A stretch of 55,222 bases of DNA from Octopus bimaculoides (GCF_001194135.2 NC_068996.1:39660711-39715932), one strand, 5' to 3'; positions 1-11,795 are shown, counted from the stretch's first letter. A program made the numbers and translations. Notes: a model not told the origin generated them from the sequence alone.

Positions 1-283
1 GTGTGTGTGTGTGTGTGAGTGTGTGCAACGTTATTCTTTTACTCTTTTACTTGATTCAGTCATTTGACTGTGGCCATGCTGGAGCACTGCCTTTAGTTGA
101 ACAACTCAACCCCAGAACTTATTCTTTGTAAACCTAGTACTTATTCTATCGGTCTCTTTTACTGAACTGCTTTGGTCAACACAAGGCTTTGGTCGGCCCG
201 AGGCTGTTGTAGAAGACACTTGCCCAAGGTGACACACAGTGGGACTGAACCCGCTACTTACCACACAGCCACTCCTGCTAAAT

Positions 284-675
284 TGCTTCACCCTTTGGCA
301 TTCAAATTATTCTGACAAATATAATACTTATTTATTCACATTGTTTTGAATAAATCATGTATTATCTGATGGCTTTGAAATTTCAATGATGGGATTATTT
401 AGTTTTAGGGTAGGTGGGAGAGGCTAGATCTTGTCATTTGGGCTGGATTTGGCTGGTTTAACCCTTTAGCATTCAGATTAATCTATCAAATGTAATGTTT
501 ATTTATCCACATTTGTTTGAATCAATCATGGCTTATCTCATTGTTTTGATAAAATTGTTTATTTTCAGAATGACATTGGTGGGGTAAGTAGGAGAGACCA
601 AATCTGGCCTGTTTGAAAGTAAAACATATAAGATATTTGAATCAGATATGGCTGGTTTAAATGCTAAAGGGTTAA
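284..675. mobile_element. piggyBac-like MITE (full copy 462-671 plus a preceding partial unit)
   Basis: TTAA(458-461)-CCCTTTAGCATT ... AATGCTAAAGGG-TTAA(672-675): TIRs starting CCC, flanked by TTAA, no ORF. The family recurs at 22.5-23.4, 26.0-26.2 and 50.3-51.3 kb. Confidence 0.7.
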
Positions 676-808
676 GCAAGATCATTCATTCATTTTTCTT
701 TTGTTTCCTAAAGAATACACAGTGACAAACTCAGAGAACTAATAATGAATTTTTAATCCATACATAAAATTTTTGTATTGAATACTCTTTTCCCTGCTTG
801 GGGCTTAG

Positions 809-1311
809 GTCTGTATACCCATACATACATACATGCATGCATGCATACATACTTACATACATGCATACATGCATAGATAAATGCATGCATGCATAGATAT
901 ATGCATGCATGCATAGATATACGCATGCATGCATGCATACATACATATATACATACATGTACACATACATGCACGTATATATACATACACATACATACAC
1001 ACACACATGCATATATACATACACACATACAGATACATACATACATACATACATACACACATACATACATACATACACATACATACATACATACACATAC
1101 ATACATACACACACATGCATACATACATACATGCATACATGCACATACATACATACATACATACATACACACATACACACACATACATACATACATACAC
1201 ACACATACATACACACACACATACATACATACACATACATACATACACACACATACACACACACACACACACACATACATACATACGTACATACATACAT
1301 ACATACATACA

Positions 1312-1343
<32 letters not shown>

Positions 1344-1346
1344 CAT
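809..1346. repeat. Compound (ACAT)n/(CA)n microsatellite
   Basis: Direct reading; it produces the spurious MYVC/HTYI ORFs. Confidence 0.95.
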
Positions 1347-1419
1347 AAGTATATTCTCTATGTTGAACTGTTAATCCCTATACATTTTTTGTTCTCTCTC
1401 CATTGTTTTTCATTCTCTC

Positions 1420-1575
1420 TCCATTTCTTTTTCCTTCTTAATTCTTTCTGTCAAAGAATGAAGGCTTGAAATGTAAAAAAATCTTTTCCATTCTTCCTGA
1501 ACATTAAACTAACACACCTGCTTGTTGTTCCCACACCTGTCTTCGTCTTTTGCTTTCAGTAAATTTGAACTATAC
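1420..1575 (+). mobile_element. Putative PLE pseudo-LTR 3' end (same family as 37362-37525 and 42400-42560)
   Basis: Shares tctttctgtc-aaga...gaaatgtaaaa...cattaaactaa...gtcttcgtcttttg...gtaaatttgaacta with the two other copies. Confidence 0.5.
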
Positions 1576-2101
1576 ATACGGCATACCTTTGGAATTTTCT
1601 TTTTCTGGTTGGTGTCATGATAGTTTGAGAGTTCCTCAGGGCAGATTGTTGGTCCTCCACTGAATAGTCAAATGATGTGGCTGCCATCTTTGTGACGAAC
1701 CGACAAAGCATAGGTCACTGTTGGTTTGGAACCTCGTAGGAGACCAGCCCACCTTGATTGGCCCTACCAGGAGCAAAGCTCCAGATGATAACACTCTCTT
1801 GGATCTATGGAACACGCAAGACCCCTCACTATGAGAAGGCCAGACCCAGGATGGGATACAGAAGGGTTGGCATGGAACTGCCAGGAATGGAGAGTAGTGG
1901 TGGACCTGGTCAGCTCTATTCATGATAACATCTCTGAGATCACTAATCTAGGATGACCCCAGCCTCATCAAGCAGTAGCATAAAGCGAAGCAAGTGAACC
2001 TTTTGAATACACATCATGGAAAGTGGATGCTAGACGTCAAAAACGATGATAATGATGAATGTCAATGTATCATATATCTAAAAAAGAAGCATACTCTAAA
2101 T

Positions 2102-2399
2102 CAGGGACTTTCAAACTGTGGTTCACGGACCACAGGGGGTCCGCAAGGACAAGACAGAGGGTCCGTGGACAGCAAATACTTTTTATGGGCAATTTGATTT
2201 TATATGTATTTTTTAATCGAAGCCTTTTAATTGACAATAAACCTATTTGTTAAATACTGTTAAATAAATAAATGTAAAAAATATATGTTATTTTAAGCAA
2301 ATATTTATGTATAAATTTCATAAGCGTTTATAAGGAGGTCCCTAAGGTAAAGCCTGAAATATAAAGGGGTCCGCAAGTCAAAAAGTTTGAAAACCCCTG
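2102..2399. mobile_element. Non-autonomous hAT (Buster/Charlie-type) element
   Basis: TIRs CAGGGACTTTCAAACT / AGTTTGAAAACCCCTG; perfect 8-bp TSD CTCTAAAT at 2094-2101 and 2400-2407. Confidence 0.85.
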
Positions 2400-2430
2400 C
2401 TCTAAATCATAGAGCAGTAATGAATTAAAA

Positions 2431-2635
2431 GTAATTAAGTCTATGTCTAGTCACAGAGTGACCAATGGTTTCACATCCACAAAGGCCTTAGCCCTGTGGA
2501 TGGTTTGTCAGACTTTAAAGCCAAAATCAAAAACTTTTGTCATCAGCTTTAGAGTCTGACAAACCATCCACAGGGCTAAGGACTTTGTGGATGTGAAACC
2601 ATTGGTCACTCTATGACTGGTCATAGACTTAATTA
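2431..2635. mobile_element. Fold-back cassette with ~90-bp arms, each carrying an HHR-like motif
   Basis: Arms 2431-2521 and 2546-2635 are near-perfect reverse complements around a 24-nt spacer. Confidence 0.85.
2550..2613 (+). ncRNA. Type-I hammerhead ribozyme-like motif (G8>A)
   Basis: TAGAGT-CTGACAA-ac(c)atccaca...tgtggatgt-GAAAC-CATTG-GTC-ACTCTA. Stems I, II and III pair and the cleavage triplet is GUC. The core reads CUGACAA instead of CUGANGA. Confidence 0.55.
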
Positions 2636-2654
2636 ATTACATTTAATGTATACA

Positions 2655-2868
2655 GGTGCAGGAGTGGATGTGTGGTAAATAGCTTGCTTACCAACCACAT
2701 GGTTCTTGGTTCAGTCACACTGCATGGCACTTTGGGCAAGTGTCTTCTGCTATAACCTTGGGCTGACCAAAGCCTTGTGAGTGAATTTGGTAGATGGAAA
2801 CTGAAAGAAGCTCGTTGTGTATATATACGTGTGTGTTTGTGTGTGTATGTGTGTGTGTGTGTGTGTGT
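2655..2868 (+). mobile_element. tRNA/CORE-like SINE family A, 5' half running into (GT)n and a gap
   Basis: gtgtggtaaatagcttgcttaccaaccacatggttc...ggcactttgggcaagtgtcttc...gaaactgaaagaagc, repeated more than 15 times in the window. Confidence 0.8.
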
Positions 2869-3573
2869 NNNNNNNNNNNNNNNNNNNNNNNNNNNNNNNN
2901 NNNNNNNNNNNNNNNNNNNNNNNNNNNNNNNNNNNNNNNNNNNNNNNNNNNNNNNNNNNNNNNNNNNNNNNNNNNNNNNNNNNNNNNNNNNNNNNNNNNN
3001 NNNNNNNNNNNNNNNNNNNNNNNNNNNNNNNNNNNNNNNNNNNNNNNNNNNNNNNNNNNNNNNNNNNNNNNNNNNNNNNNNNNNNNNNNNNNNNNNNNNN
3101 NNNNNNNNNNNNNNNNNNNNNNNNNNNNNNNNNNNNNNNNNNNNNNNNNNNNNNNNNNNNNNNNNNNNNNNNNNNNNNNNNNNNNNNNNNNNNNNNNNNN
3201 NNNNNNNNNNNNNNNNNNNNNNNNNNNNNNNNNNNNNNNNNNNNNNNNNNNNNNNNNNNNNNNNNNNNNNNNNNNNNNNNNNNNNNNNNNNNNNNNNNNN
3301 NNNNNNNNNNNNNNNNNATGGCTGCAGACAGTTTACCTCTTTTGAAATTGGAGATGAAATGGATGTGAAGCCATTGGTCACTCTATGCCTGACCATATAA
3401 TTAACTTCCTGTAAATACATTACAGCTCTAGCATTTTAGAATGGGCTTCATTTTCGGACATATGATCCACTGATGTTATATATGTGTAGACACATTGCAC
3501 ACACACACACACACATACACATATATGTATATATATATACACACACATACATATATAAATATATACATAATTA

Positions 3574-3932
3574 TATATAGCAATAAGAAAGTGGAGGGGA
3601 ATATGTGGTATTCATCAACTTGCAGACATTGTATTGTGTCAATTTACCTGTTTATTTTTTTACTAAGAGGACAATAATAACAATATACAAACGCATGTAA
3701 CATATTATGTCATATCAGTAATTAAAAAAAGACATCTAGTGACCACCCATCTTCAATCACTAGATGTCCTTTTTAATTTTTTAATTACTGATATGACATA
3801 ATATGTTGCATGTGTTTATATATTGTTTTTATTGTCCTCTTAGTTAACAAATAAACAGGCAAATTGACTTAATACAATGTCTGCAAGTTGATGAATACCA
3901 CCTATTCCCCTCCATTTTCTTATTGCTATATA
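3574..3932. repeat. Long inverted repeat (~170-bp arms, 14-nt loop 3743-3756)
   Basis: 3574-3742 is the reverse complement of 3757-3932 with scattered mismatches. Confidence 0.85.
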
Positions 3933-4153
3933 AATTAAGGGTAAAATTTCCTTTTACCCTCAGCCATTTATTGCACTCGGTAAAAACACTAGTGTAATAA
4001 TAATTGGGTATCCTTCTGGCAGTATATTGGATAGATACTATCCCTTAGTGGGCTGGATTCACAATCCCTAACTTTCTTGGTACATAATTATATATATATA
4101 TACATATACATATACATATATGTATGTATATGTATGTATGTATGTATATATAT

Positions 4154-4200
<47 letters not shown>

Positions 4201-4779
4201 CTTCTAAACCTAGGAACAGAAATACATTCTCTTGTGACCTGAACCACTCTAAAACCTCAAACTTTAAGATAAACATTAATAAACTTCCTGCTAGTAAAAA
4301 CATTACTAATAATGTAACTCTACCTACAATACTAGCAGTAATAAAATTAATACCTAATGCTCTAAATATGTGAAATGATAGCGATAATAATAAGGAGTGT
4401 ATTAATAATGAGGACAGTGAAAACGTTAAAGATAATGACAATAAAAATAATGGTCTTGTTAATAATGTAAGCGGAACTAATAACGATAATTATAATTTTA
4501 GTACCAATAATTATAATATCAAAAACAAGAAGAACTATAATAAGGATAGAAACAAAAATAAGAATATTGAATACAGTAATATCTATATAATACAAAATGG
4601 CAAACATAACAACAGCGATATGCATATTCATGAAAGGAACACGCAGAGTTCCGAACTGAGACCACTTAACATGATGATTAGATATGGGAACCTGAATGCA
4701 TAGACAAGATAAAAATGAAGCTAGTATGCTTTGATGGATGTGCAACATCAGTGTACATCTACAACGAAGTATGTTTGGA

Positions 4780-5030
4780 AAAGAATTGGGTATAAAATGA
4801 ATCAGATGTGGTATACAAGAAATGGACTGCACTGGAATAGTCATTATATGTATAGAGGATGACAGTTGTATAAATAAATGCTGACCACTTAAAAGTGAAT
4901 TGAACTTGTGAAAAAAAAGGGAAGCCCAATAAAATATGGAATGAAGTAGTGAAGGCTGGTCTTGAGATGTTGAGCATAACAGGAAATGACAAAAGACCCA
5001 AGAAGACCCGTCTGTTAATGCAAAACTGAA
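4780..5030 (+). pseudogene. Highly degraded RTE LINE ORF 3' fragment
   Basis: Frameshifted translation EDDSCINKC...TCEKKGKPNKIWNEVVKAGLEML aligns by eye with the cleaner copy at 44803-45010 (EDSCVKKC...RGRPRKTWDEVVK). Confidence 0.55.
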
Positions 5031-5896
5031 GTCCTAAATGTATTATGTTTATGCCTTTACTCTCTTCAGGCCCTTTTCTTGTACCCAATCTGTCCCCATC
5101 AAGCTTTACTTACGTCTCATCTTCATAACATGCATCCCTCCATCACTCTTCTAACTAGTGCACTAATCAACTACTGTAATTATATGAGAGCAAAATCTCT
5201 ACACATTTCAATCCCTTTTCTGCTACCACTCTCTCCTTAGTACAATTTCCTTCAACATCCATTCCTCGATCTCAATATCATCCCTTCTCATTTTATTTTC
5301 CTCTACTTACCCTTTTCTGTATCTCCAATCGTATCTCCCTCTTCTCTGAGTTACATCTTAGAACTGCTATACATTACCTTTAACAACCTCTCATATTTGC
5401 TATCACTCTCAGTACTCTCTCATATCTGCTTAAGCAATCACTGGAGTTCAATGCAGTCCTCTAGATCACTGGATCCTTGAAAAACCATCAAACCCATGCA
5501 GAGTGGAAGATTGACATTATAAATGATAATGATGAGATATATATAACACGTGTGTGTGTGGGGGGGGGGAGTATAAAAGAGATAAATTATCCTGGCGGTT
5601 ACCATATTATCTCTCAAATTGGTAAAGATGCCGGCTATCCACAACAATCCAATTACATAGTACTGAAGCTTAAAAGAGATACTGGTACTGGTATTAGTAA
5701 GCTTCACTCTTTGGGTAGTTCCTTGTTCCTATTCAGAACTGCAAATATTCTGTAGAGTATATAATTGATAACGAAGAGGAGAGTGGAGATTTATTCACAT
5801 CCCAAATTTATTTGTTAAAAAATTTTCTACACCATATATATAACACTGACCTACATATGTTTTGAATGCAGTGACTGCACATTGCTCTGTATGGAA

Positions 5897-5947
5897 GTAT
5901 GCATCCTTGTCACTGCAGTTTCACCAAGGGTCCATCACTCATGATGC
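5897..5947 (-). ncRNA. Degenerate HHR-like motif downstream of the PLE ORF end
   Basis: Minus strand gcatc-atgagtga-tggacccttggt-GAAAC-TGCA-GTG-acaag-gatgc. Stem III ACTGCAGT is palindromic; the core is degraded. Confidence 0.3.
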
Positions 5948-6699
5948 TTTTCAAAGTGAACTAATTCAAACAAATGTCTTGCGTTGGTGTTCAGTTGAAG
6001 ATGATAGTGTTACTTTTTAAATCCAATGGAATTCTGCTCTTAAAATCACCTCTACTGCTATTACAATTGAAACATGGTGTTAAAATATTTATTCAGATTT
6101 CAATTAATTGTCGCAGTTTTGTTTGCATTTTGTTGTATGGAGTTCATTATTTATTCAGAGGTTTTTCACTTATTTTGGGTTTATACCAATTAATATTATT
6201 ATTATTAGTAGTACAATTATTTGTATAAATATCATTAATTATTACAATCATTATTGTAACTGGCATAATTGCTAAAGATAATGAGTTGTATTTATTTAAA
6301 TTGTTTAAACGTATGTTTTCTCAAATGTGGACATCTTAGAGCCTGTTCCCATAAATTTAGAAATGAAAATTTGGTACATTTCTTCCACTCAAAAGTCACA
6401 TCTATTATCTATAATATTCTATAGGCTTTTGCCTCACTAATTATTCCCAAGCAATCGAATATACTTTACTATTTTTTAGTGACCCAATTAGTTTACTAAG
6501 GCTGCCTGTATTCATTTTGCTCCAGGTACAGGTATGGCTGTGTGATAAGTAGCTTGCATACCGACTACATGGTTCTGGGTTCAGTCCCACTGTGTGGCAC
6601 CTTGGGCAAGTGTCCGCTATTATAGTCTCAGGCCAACCAAAGCCTTGTGAGTGGATTTGGTGGATGGAAACTGAAACAAGCCATTCTGTGTATATATAT

Positions 6700-6895
6700 A
6701 TATATATCATCATCATCATCATTATCATTTAACGTCCGCTTTCCATGCTAGCATGGGTTGGACGATTTGACTGAGGACTGGTGAAACCGGATGGCAACAC
6801 CAGGCTCCAGTCTAATTTGGCAGAGTTTCTACAGCTGGATGCCCTTCCTAACGCCAACCACTCAGAGAGTGTAGTGGGTGCTTTTACATGTCACC
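6700..6895 (-). mobile_element. RTE-tail element family C ((ATG)n-tailed)
   Basis: catcatc...tttaacgtccgctttccatgctagcatgggttggacg...gctggatgcccttcctaacgccaacc; the same tail follows the RTE ORF at 45.1 kb. Confidence 0.8.
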
Positions 6896-7663
6896 NNNNN
6901 NNNNNNNNNNNNNNNNNNNNNNNNNNNNNNNNNNNNNNNNNNNNNNNNNNNNNNNNNNNNNNNNNNNNNNNNNNNNNNNNNNNNNNNNNNNNNNNNNNNN
7001 NNNNNNNNNNNNNNNNNNNNNNNNNNNNNNNNNNNNNNNNNNNNNNNNNNNNNNNNNNNNNNNNNNNNNNNNNNNNNNNNNNNNNNNNNNNNNNNNNNNN
7101 NNNNNNNNNNNNNNNNNNNNNNNNNNNNNNNNNNNNNNNNNNNNNNNNNNNNNNNNNNNNNNNNNNNNNNNNNNNNNNNNNNNNNNNNNNNNNNNNNNNN
7201 NNNNNNNNNNNNNNNNNNNNNNNNNNNNNNNNNNNNNNNNNNNNNNNNNNNNNNNNNNNNNNNNNNNNNNNNNNNNNNNNNNNNNNNNNNNNNNNNNNNN
7301 NNNNNNNNNNNNNNNNNNNNNNNNNNNNNNNNNNNNNNNNNNNNNNNNNNNNNNNNNNNNNNNNNNNNNNNNNNNNNNNNNNNNNNNNNNNNNNNNNNNN
7401 NNNNNNNNNNNNNNNNNNNNNNNNNNNNNNNNNNNNNNNNNNNNNNNNNNNNNNNNNNNNNNNNNNNNNNNNNNNNNNNNNNNNNNNNNNNNNNNNNNNN
7501 NNNNNNNNNNNNNNNNNNNNNNNNNNNNNNNNNNNNNNNNNNNNNNNNNNNNNNNNNNNNNNNNNNNNNNNNNNNNNNNNNNNNNNNNNNNNNNNNNNNN
7601 NNNNNNNNNNNNNNNNNNNNNNNNNNNNNNNNNNNNNNNNNNNNNNNNNNNNNNNNNNNNNNN

Positions 7664-7708
<45 letters not shown>

Positions 7709-8802
7709 TATGTATTATGTATATATGTATATGTATATGTTTGTGTATCTGTGTTGTCCCCCCACCATCGCTTAGCAACCAATGTTGGTGTGTTTACATC
7801 AATAGACTTAGGAGTTCAGCTAAAGAGACCGATAGGATAAGTACTAGGCTTACAAAGAATAATTCCTGGGGTCAATTTGTTTGACTAAAGGCGGTACTCC
7901 AGCATGGCTGCAGTCAAATGACTGAAACAAATAAAAGAATGAAAGAATATCACAATGAATTTATATAATTCGCAAGTCTCTGCTTAATATAACATGAACT
8001 AGCTTCTATATAGAAGTACTCCCAATTCTCTGAGGTAACCTTACATCTGTATATGATATTTTTATATCTACAATTAGAGTTAAGGAGGCAGAACTATCAA
8101 ATGCAATTGTTCCTTGCACAGTTGCATTTGATAGTTCTACTACTTCCATTAATAGTTTCCACTTCAGCTTCACTAGAGGTGATTTCTAAATTCTTCTGTC
8201 TATCTTCTAAGCCATTACTCTTTCCTACATAGACAACCTTCTCAATACTGCACTTTTTAGGATTCACATCTTCCACTTTTAGGCTGATGCATGAGTTTGT
8301 TTGGGTAGCTTCTATTTTATTTGTTGTCAAACCATAGTTTCTATCCTAATTCCTAGCTGTGTTATTTATAGTTTGTTCACTCATGTTGATATTGTTACAA
8401 GTTATTGATCTATAATTATTATTCTGGTTACTATTGTTGTTATTGTTTATATGAAAACTGTTTCATCTACTAGTGTTGTGTACTGCTATAATTTGTGCAA
8501 GATTTTTGCTATTAGAAAAGGTTAGTCTAATGGTGGTGCTCCAGCATGACCACAGCTTTGCAGCTGGAACATCTTATAATTAAAAAAAAAAATGCTGAAT
8601 AGAACAATTTTGGAATATTGGAAATTATTTGTTTTCTGAAGAGAATTATATACCACTCAATATTGCTAGAGGTGTCTATGTTATTGAGGTGTGTATTTCT
8701 ATTTCTACCTAAGATTTTTGTAAAAGTTTGTAATTTATTTACCTGGCTTTTATTTCAGCATTGGGTTTGTTTGCTATTATATTTGACAGTATATTCATCA
8801 GG

Positions 8803-8958
8803 CCCAGGAGTGGCTGTGTGGTAAGAAGCTTGCTTCCCAACCACATGGTTCCAGGTCCAGTCCCACTCCGTGGCACCTTGGGTAACTGTCTTCTACCATA
8901 GCTGCAGGCTGACCAAAGCCTTCTGAGTGAAAATGGTAGATGGAAACTGAAAGAAGCC

Positions 8959-9015
<57 letters not shown>

Positions 9016-9228
9016 CATGCGTTTGTTGTTTGTGTCAGTATTTGTCCCCCCACCATCACTGGACAACCAATGTTGGTGTGCTTACGTCCCCGTCACTTAG
9101 TGATTCAGCAAAAAGAGACTGATAGAATAAGTACTAGGCTTACAAAGAATAAGTCCTGGGGTTGATTTATTCGACTAAAGGTGGTGCTCCAGCATAGCCG
9201 CACTCAAATGACAGAAACAAGTAAAAGG
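8803..9228 (+). mobile_element. Full-length SINE family A with internal (TA)n
   Basis: tRNA-like head, CORE-like ggcaccttgggtaactgtcttc, internal microsatellite, 3' half ending cagtcaaatgac...aagtaaaag. Confidence 0.8.
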
Positions 9229-9504
9229 GTTATTTGTATAATACTCTTGGCAGAGCTTATGTATTGATTACCTCCCCTAACTGAATGGGACCTCTTGGCC
9301 CATTCTTATATCTAAGTCACTTAGCACTTTATTTGGCACAGATTCATGTAAATTTGTACTCTGCTTTTTGATTCTAGGTGTTCTATTGTTGTATTTTAAT
9401 TGCACGGACTTTCTGTCTTTAACTCTTCATTCTTGGTGGTTAGTGGCGTTCTTCTTATGATTTCCATTTTGGTTATTGTCAAGATAGTTCATCCCATGTT
9501 TATT

Positions 9505-9720
9505 CTTTTCTGCTCTAGGCACAAGGCCTGAAATTTTGGGGAAGGTGGCCAGTTGATTACATTGACCCCAGTATGCAACTGGTACTTAATTTATCGACTC
9601 CAAAAGGATGAAAGGCAAAGTCGACCTTGATGGAATTTGAACTCAGAACATAAAGACAGACAAAATACCACTAAGCATTTTGCCTGGCATGCTAACATTT
9701 CTGCCAGCTTGCTACCTTCT
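9505..9720 (-). mobile_element. tRNA-derived SINE family B inserted in the PLE, 14-bp TSD
   Basis: ATCCCATGTTTATT at 9491-9504 and 9721-9734 flanks the copy; the body has gtcgactttgcctttcatcctttt(c)gg(g)gtcgataaattaagtacca. Confidence 0.85.
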
Positions 9721-9938
9721 ATCCCATGTTTATTATTTATATTATAACTACTGTTAAAGAATTTTAATTTTTCTCTATATCCTGCCTTCTCTAACGCTAA
9801 ATTATAAAAGTCCTCATTTAGTTTAAATTCTTCCTCATTCACTGAGAGTTTAATAATGTGGATTGATATATTTTCTACTATAGCTCAGGTTATACGTTTT
9901 GGATGGTTGCTATTTTTATGAATATATCTAAAGTTCAT

Positions 9939-10030
9939 ATTAGGCTTGTGATACAGTCTCTGCATATTAAGCTTGTGACATGGTCTGTGTATATTAAGTT
10001 TCTGATACGGTCCGTGCATATTAGGCTTGC
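9939..10030. repeat. 27-bp tandem repeat (~3.4 copies) inside the PLE RT remnant
   Basis: attaggcttgtgatacagtctctgcat / attaagcttgtgacatggtctgtgtat / attaagtttctgatacggtccgtgcat / attaggcttgc. Confidence 0.85.
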
Positions 10031-11014
10031 ATATGCCTGAGCTCAGATCTAAATTAACATCAAGAAACTTAACCGAGTTATGCTCCTCTTCAATTGATTT
10101 TGAATGTTCTGTTTTTAAAGATTAAAAAAGATATTTTTTTTGTATTTTTCTGTCCCAGTTTAAGTTATGGATATGAATAAATCTCCACTCTCCTCTTCGT
10201 TATCATATGTGTGTGTGTGTGTGTTTGTGTACACGCATAGGTGCAGGTATGGCTGTGTGGTAAGATGCTTGTTTCCCAAACACATTGTGTTCTGGGTTCA
10301 GTCCCACTGCATGGCATCTAAGACAATTATTTTCTACTATAGACTTGAATCAACCAAATCCTTGGGAGTGGATTTAGTAGATGGAAACTGATAAAACCTC
10401 ATCATATATATATATATATATAAGGTAAGGAGGAACATTGAGAAGATAATTAATTGACAAACATCAGCTAGATCTATTTATTAATTACAATCATATGGAT
10501 AAATAACTAAATAAATGGTTAGATAAATAAGAATGAATGAGTGAATATAACTCTGCTCTTACAGCTGTTTTTATTTTGGGGGTCCAGGATACCAAAGTTG
10601 ACATATCATACCAAGATTATACAAAGATTGTACAAAAATTGAACAAAAATTGGACAAAAATTGAACCCCAAAGCTTCATCAGAGAGTCCATAATGGCAAG
10701 AATTAAACAAGTAAAAAAGTAAAATAAAATAATAAAAAATCGTTTTTTTACTATTTTTTACACATGTATATCTACATCAATGTGTGTGTGTCTTCCTATC
10801 TGTGTCTGTCCCCTATCAAGGTTGACAACCAGTGTTGGTGTGCTTACATCCCTGTAACTTAGCAGTTTGGCAAAAGAGACCAATGGAATAAGTACTAGGC
10901 TTACAAAGAATAAGTCCTGGGGTTGATTTGTTTGAGTAAACACAGTACTCCAGTATGGCCACAGTCAAATGACTGAAGCAAGTAAAAGAATATAAATATT
11001 ATTGAATACAGTGA

Positions 11015-11296
11015 GGTTGTTGCCAGTGCCGCTGGACTGGCTCCTGTGCAGATGGCACGTAAAATACACCATTTTGAGCGTGGCCGTTGCCAGTACCGCC
11101 AGACTGGCCTTTGTGCTGGTGGCACGTAAAAGCACCCACTACACTCTTGGAGTGGTTGGTGTTAAGAAGGGCATCCTGCTGTAGAAACTCTGCCAGACCA
11201 AATTGGAGCCTGGTACAGCCATATGGTTCGCCAGTCCTCAGTCAAATCATCCAACCCATGCTAGCATGGAAAGCAGACGTTAAACGAACGATGACT
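11015..11296 (+). mobile_element. RTE-tail element family C
   Basis: gccagtaccgcc...gtaaaagcacccactacactc...gggcatcctgctgtagaaactc...ggaaagcagacgttaaacg. Confidence 0.75.
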
Positions 11297-11515
11297 AATG
11301 TATGTGCTTTGTGCATTTTTCAGTGGCTGCAATGGCGTAGCAGAGTACACATAGCATATACCTTCATATATATATTTATTACATTAGAGGTGCTTCATAC
11401 ATAAATTTTCTCATAGGTATGCAATTTCCGGGCATACCAGGTCATGATTTTATAAGCCATGAGCATATAAGTCATTGGACTGGCAAGATGATTCGCCTTC
11501 AACTCAGGCAGGTAT

Positions 11516-11562
11516 GTGGTGCTGACAAGCCACAAAAATGGCGAAACATCGATGTTCATCAC
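11516..11562 (+). ncRNA. Minimal type-I HHR-like motif (G8>A, probable CpG decay)
   Basis: GTGGTG-CTGACAA-GCC-acaaaaat-GGC-GAAAC-ATCGAT-GTT-CATCAC. All three stems pair and stem III AACATCGATGTT is a palindrome. Confidence 0.6.
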
Positions 11563-11739
11563 TCCCAAATAGAATTGATGGTGGATTATGTTGCCTGTCT
11601 CTGACTAAGGTGTTTTAACACAGGCAAGATGAGAATTTATATATTCCGCTACGCCATTGTAGCCACCGGAAAATACACAAAACATACACATTAGTGTAGG
11701 TATTTAATAATATTTATTATACTTGAGCTGCTTTTACTT

Positions 11740-11795
<56 letters not shown>

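Larger units (their letters stand above)
6290..10160 (-). mobile_element. Fossil Penelope-like element (RT thumb, linker, GIY-YIG, C-terminus) split by SINEs and a gap
   Basis: Collinear minus-strand remnants: VKFLDVNLDLSSG (~10.05 kb); YHKPNMNFRYIHKNSNHP (~9.93 kb); NEEEFKLNEDFYNLALEKAGY (~9.8 kb); SNIEWYNS (~8.65 kb); RLTFSNSKNLAQIIAVH (~8.5 kb); CNC...NCRYKNIIYRCKVTS...FYIEASS...KQRLANY (~8.0-8.1 kb); LSKLIGSLK...YSIAWE...EAKAY...RCPHLRK (~6.3-6.5 kb). Confidence 0.8.

Noticed and set aside
731-1469. Long MYVC/HTYI-type ORFs here and at 38.7-39.2, 42.0-43.3, 48.0-48.5 and 54.7-55.2 kb
   Set aside because: They are translations of di/tetranucleotide microsatellites that simply lack stops.
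1640-1935. Possible very old LINE 3' end (GLAWNCQEWRVVVD)
   Set aside because: Only a weak resemblance to the RTE C-terminus; not enough to call.
2629-3420. Long ORFs containing X runs (all gap-spanning ORFs)
   Set aside because: Their length comes from N-gaps, not coding sequence.
4200-4700. Asn-rich plus-strand reading frame, possibly a PLE linker
   Set aside because: Low complexity with an internal stop and no diagnostic motif.
11411-11511. Exon-like segment (AG...MQFPGIPGHDFISHEHISHWTGKMIRLQLRQ...GTATGT)
   Set aside because: The donor abuts the HHR-like motif and the peptide is unrecognised; a retroelement origin seems more parsimonious, though an exon is not excluded.
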